DNA from: Spirochaetaceae bacterium
Lineage (GTDB): Bacteria; Spirochaetota; Spirochaetia; DSM-2461
Direction: 5' to 3'
DNA: 64,000 nt
NCBI GenBank assembly: GCA_051531975.1
Contig: JAOPTT010000006.1
Coordinates: 256,656 to 320,655, forward strand
Below, piece by piece: positions 60,792-64,000 of the stretch; position 1 is the stretch's first letter, and the number at the start of each line of letters is the position of its first letter. The notes under the pieces were generated by a model, which was given only the letters and a program-made list of their open reading frames with translations, was not told the origin of the DNA and searched no databases. Both the position numbers and the translations under genes were made by a program.

Positions 60792-63240
60792 ATACAAATA
60801 AGTTAATACCAGCAGATGTAGCTGCTTCTAAGTAGTTAGCTACACCTCCAATTTCTACAGCATCAATTAGTTCTTCTTCTTTAACTCCCATAACATCCAT
60901 AGACATCTGGCAAGCAATAAGTTTTGTATTATGTTCAACAACTGTGTTTAACATAGTTTGAAGAGAATCTACTTTAATATCACGCATTATACCTTTCATC
61001 ATTAATGAACCTAACCCACCCATATTCATTTTTGATAAACCAAGTTTATTTAAATTTTTAGGTAGGATAAATCCAAATATTTTTCCAAGAAAATTCTTTT
61101 TTACTTTCTGTTTTTTTGTTTCTTTTATTATACTAAGACCCCAGAATGTAAAAAAGATAGTAACTTTTTTCCCTGAAGCAATTGCTCCTGTCGCTATTAC
61201 TAACGATGCTAAAGCTTTATCCATATCATCACTAAAACAGATAATTGTTACTTCATTTCCAGAGTTGTTAACTGTAAATCCATGTTGATGATTTTCAACT
61301 TTAGAAGACTTTTCAATTAAAGCTACAACTTGACCTTTGGATTGTTCTACACCTAAAATTTTATTCCCAGTCATATTGCACCAAGAAGTAACATCTTTAT
61401 AAAAACCTGGATCAGAAGCAGTTACTCTTAATTTTTCACCACTAGATATTAATTCAATCTCTTTTTTTAACTTTAAAATAGGTCCTGGACATTGTAATCC
61501 ACATGCATCTACATCAATAAATCCACCAATTAGATCATTTACTGATTCACCTACATCCCTGTGAGGTAATGTATTAGAAAACTCAATTTGATTTGTCTGG
61601 TCTTTAATTGCAGAAAAATAAATGTTTAGACCACCAGATAATATACTTACATTATTAAAACCTTCCTGTTTTAATATTCTTTCTGATAAATAAGCTCTTA
61701 AACCACCAGAACACAAAATGACAATACTTTTATTTTTTGGTATTTGATCTAAATTTTCTCTGATTAGACTTTTATCTAAGTTAATTGTTCCGGAAATAGG
61801 GTGTAATTCTCTTTCATCTACTGTTCTAATATCTAATATTGTATATTCATTAATTTTAAAATCTACAATATTTTTTAGTTCTTTCCATGTAGTATGATCA
61901 GATCTTCCTAAAAGAACATTCTCTGCTGTAAATCCTAAAATATTCACAGGATCTTTACTTGATGAATAGGGTGGTGCATAAGCGTGTTCAACTTCAGTTA
62001 AATCATTAACTGTTCCACCCATTCTTATTACTGCAGCAATCATTTCTATTCTTTTATCAACTCCATCATAACCTACACCTTGTGCTCCTAGAAGTTTTCC
62101 AGTGTTATCAAATACAAGTTTTAAGAATAACTGCATTGCACCAGGATAATAACCTGCATGGGATGAACCATTGATAATAACAGACTTAGCCCCATTTTCG
62201 ATCATTTTTTCAGGTAAGCCAGTAGTTGCAACAGTTAAATCAAATATCTTTGCTATAGAAGTTCCAATAGCCCCTTTATATTTTTTTGAAGTATTATATA
62301 CAAGATTATCAGCTAAAATTCTAGCTTGTTTACCTGCTGGTCCTGCAAGTGGAACTATACTTTTTATACCTGTTATTCCATGTTTTATTTCCGCTGCATC
62401 CCCAAGAGCATAAATATCTTTTGCTGATGTTTCCATTAAATCATTAACAACGATACCTCTATTTACTTCGATACCTGCATTTTCAGCAAGAATAGTAAGT
62501 GGTTTAACTCCGATTGATAATACAACAATATCTGTATAGAGCTTTTTTCCACTTTGTAACTCTATCTCAATTCTGTTTCCTAAATCTTTAAGTTTTTTTA
62601 CACCATCGGATAAATATAAAGCAACCTCTTTAAATTTTAAATGCTCATGTACTTGTGCTGCCATTTCAAAATCTAATGGAACCATAACTTGGTCTGCCAT
62701 CTCTACAATTGAAACATTTAAACCTCTTTCATATAAATTTTCAGCTGCTTCCATACCAATAAATCCTGCACCAACAACAACAGCACTTGTAGGTTTGTTA
62801 TCATCAATTTCAGCCTTTAATTTATCTGCATCAGGTACATTTCGTAGTGTAAATACTTTATCACTATCTATTCCCTCAATTGGGGGAACTATAGGTGTTG
62901 CTCCAGGGGATAATATTAATTTATCATAACTTTCTGATAAAATATCACTGTTATGTAAATTGTGAACTTTAACAGATCTGTTTTCTTTATCAATTGAAAG
63001 AACCTCATGTAAGTTTTTTACGTCAATATTTAAATTCTTTTTAAAAGATGCTGGGTTTTCTAAAAATAGTTTTTCTCTATCTTTTATAGTTTCTCCAACA
63101 TAATAAGGTAGACCACAATTTGCATATGAAATGTATTCCCCTTTTTCAAATATAATTATCTGAGCGTGCTCATCATTTCTTCTTAATCTTGCTGCAACTG
63201 CTGCACCACCTGCAACACCACCAACTATTACGTATTTCAT
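60790..63240 (-). CDS. CoA-disulfide reductase - rhodanese - TusA/SirA - DsrE/DrsH fusion
   Basis: GGVAGG, SYANCGLPY, YAPPYSS; rhodanese CSGGLRAY; TusA CGLQCPGP; DsrE FFTFWGL...ACQMSM. Confidence 0.9.
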   Translation of the reverse strand: MKYVIVGGVAGGAAVAARLRRNDEHAQIIIFEKGEYISYANCGLPYYVGETIKDREKLFLENPASFKKNLNIDVKNLHEVLSIDKENRSVKVHNLHNSDILSESYDKLILSPGATPIVPPIEGIDSDKVFTLRNVPDADKLKAEIDDNKPTSAVVVGAGFIGMEAAENLYERGLNVSIVEMADQVMVPLDFEMAAQVHEHLKFKEVALYLSDGVKKLKDLGNRIEIELQSGKKLYTDIVVLSIGVKPLTILAENAGIEVNRGIVVNDLMETSAKDIYALGDAAEIKHGITGIKSIVPLAGPAGKQARILADNLVYNTSKKYKGAIGTSIAKIFDLTVATTGLPEKMIENGAKSVIINGSSHAGYYPGAMQLFLKLVFDNTGKLLGAQGVGYDGVDKRIEMIAAVIRMGGTVNDLTEVEHAYAPPYSSSKDPVNILGFTAENVLLGRSDHTTWKELKNIVDFKINEYTILDIRTVDERELHPISGTINLDKSLIRENLDQIPKNKSIVILCSGGLRAYLSERILKQEGFNNVSILSGGLNIYFSAIKDQTNQIEFSNTLPHRDVGESVNDLIGGFIDVDACGLQCPGPILKLKKEIELISSGEKLRVTASDPGFYKDVTSWCNMTGNKILGVEQSKGQVVALIEKSSKVENHQHGFTVNNSGNEVTIICFSDDMDKALASLVIATGAIASGKKVTIFFTFWGLSIIKETKKQKVKKNFLGKIFGFILPKNLNKLGLSKMNMGGLGSLMMKGIMRDIKVDSLQTMLNTVVEHNTKLIACQMSMDVMGVKEEELIDAVEIGGVANYLEAATSAGINLFV

Positions 63241-63442
63241 GTTTTCTCCAATTCGGTAAAATATTATATATATGTATTTGGGCTATATAATATAAGATGT
63301 ATATGTTTAAATCAATATATAGTGTCGTAAGATTAATATTATTTTATAAAGTAGATATTTTAAGGTTTAACAAAGTCAATACTCTAGTATTTCTGAGCAA
63401 TTATGGTGTATAAATAGTTATATTTAAATTAGCAGGAAGTCG

Positions 63443-64000
63443 ATGAATAAAATCACAAATGTATTAGCAGAAAGGTACGCTTCTACGTCCATGAAAGATG
63501 TATGGTCAGGAGAAGGTCGAATAGTTATGGAGAGAGAATTATGGATCTCTGTAATGAAAGCGCAGAAAGATTTAGGGCTAGATGTTACAGATGATGTTAT
63601 AAAGAAATATGAATCTGTAAAAAATAGTGTTGATTTAGAGTCCATACAAAATAGAGAAAGAATTACAAGACATGATGTAAAGGCTAGAATTGAAGAATTT
63701 TGTGATCTAGCAGGGCATGAACATATACATAAAGGAATGACTAGTCGAGATTTAACTGAAAATGTTGAACAACTTCAGGTATATAAAGGTTTACAAATCA
63801 TCAGAAGTAAAGCTATTACAGCATTAGTAAAGTTAAGTGAGATGTCACAAAAATATAGCGATCAAGTAATTACTGCAAGAACTCACAATGTAGCAGCGCA
63901 ACCAACAACTTTAGGTAAAAGAATTTCTATGTTTGGTCAAGAATTACTTTTAGGATTAGAGCATTTAGATCGTGTTATTAATAATTATGCAGTTAGAGGC
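63443..64000 (+). CDS. purB: Adenylosuccinate lyase, 3' truncated by the window edge (absent from the ORF track)
   Basis: Own translation: MNKITNVLAERYAS...TRHDVKARIEEF...HIHKGMTSRDLTEN...RTHNVAAQPTTLGKR; AGGA RBS. Confidence 0.93.
   Translation, partial: MNKITNVLAERYASTSMKDVWSGEGRIVMERELWISVMKAQKDLGLDVTDDVIKKYESVKNSVDLESIQNRERITRHDVKARIEEFCDLAGHEHIHKGMTSRDLTENVEQLQVYKGLQIIRSKAITALVKLSEMSQKYSDQVITARTHNVAAQPTTLGKRISMFGQELLLGLEHLDRVINNYAVRG

Overview
AT-rich bacterial chromosomal window (roughly 28-30% GC by eye, not computed). It is most consistent with a free-living spirochete, inferred from the pallilysin-related lipoprotein next to mazG, the Maf/DUF115-SurA pair, the cNMP-TPR/Crp pair and many lipoproteins. 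Contents in order: 3' end of a NarL-type regulator, gdhA, a LytS/LytTR/CstA module, a TetR-controlled Acg-like nitroreductase, an orphan solute-binding protein beside a hybrid kinase, pepA, AT-rich orphan exported proteins, an ABC-F ATPase, a TPP-riboswitch thiBP operon, an ECF sigma / membrane anti-sigma / exported caspase-repeat-barrel operon, a MaoC pair, purine genes (folD, split purH, guaB-purA-guaA, purB), ycaO, mazG, and a ~12 kb oxygen-defence island (rubrerythrin, PerR, NADH oxidase, class Ia nrdAB, ahpC, FprA, Bcp, desulfoferrodoxin, CoA-disulfide reductase fusion) sharing a TAGTAATnATTACTA operator. The best candidate for an under-described system is the caspase-based trans-envelope ECF signalling operon (29.1-32.6 kb). 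No tRNA, rRNA, CRISPR array or transposase was seen. All family assignments come from motif recognition by eye, not database searches.
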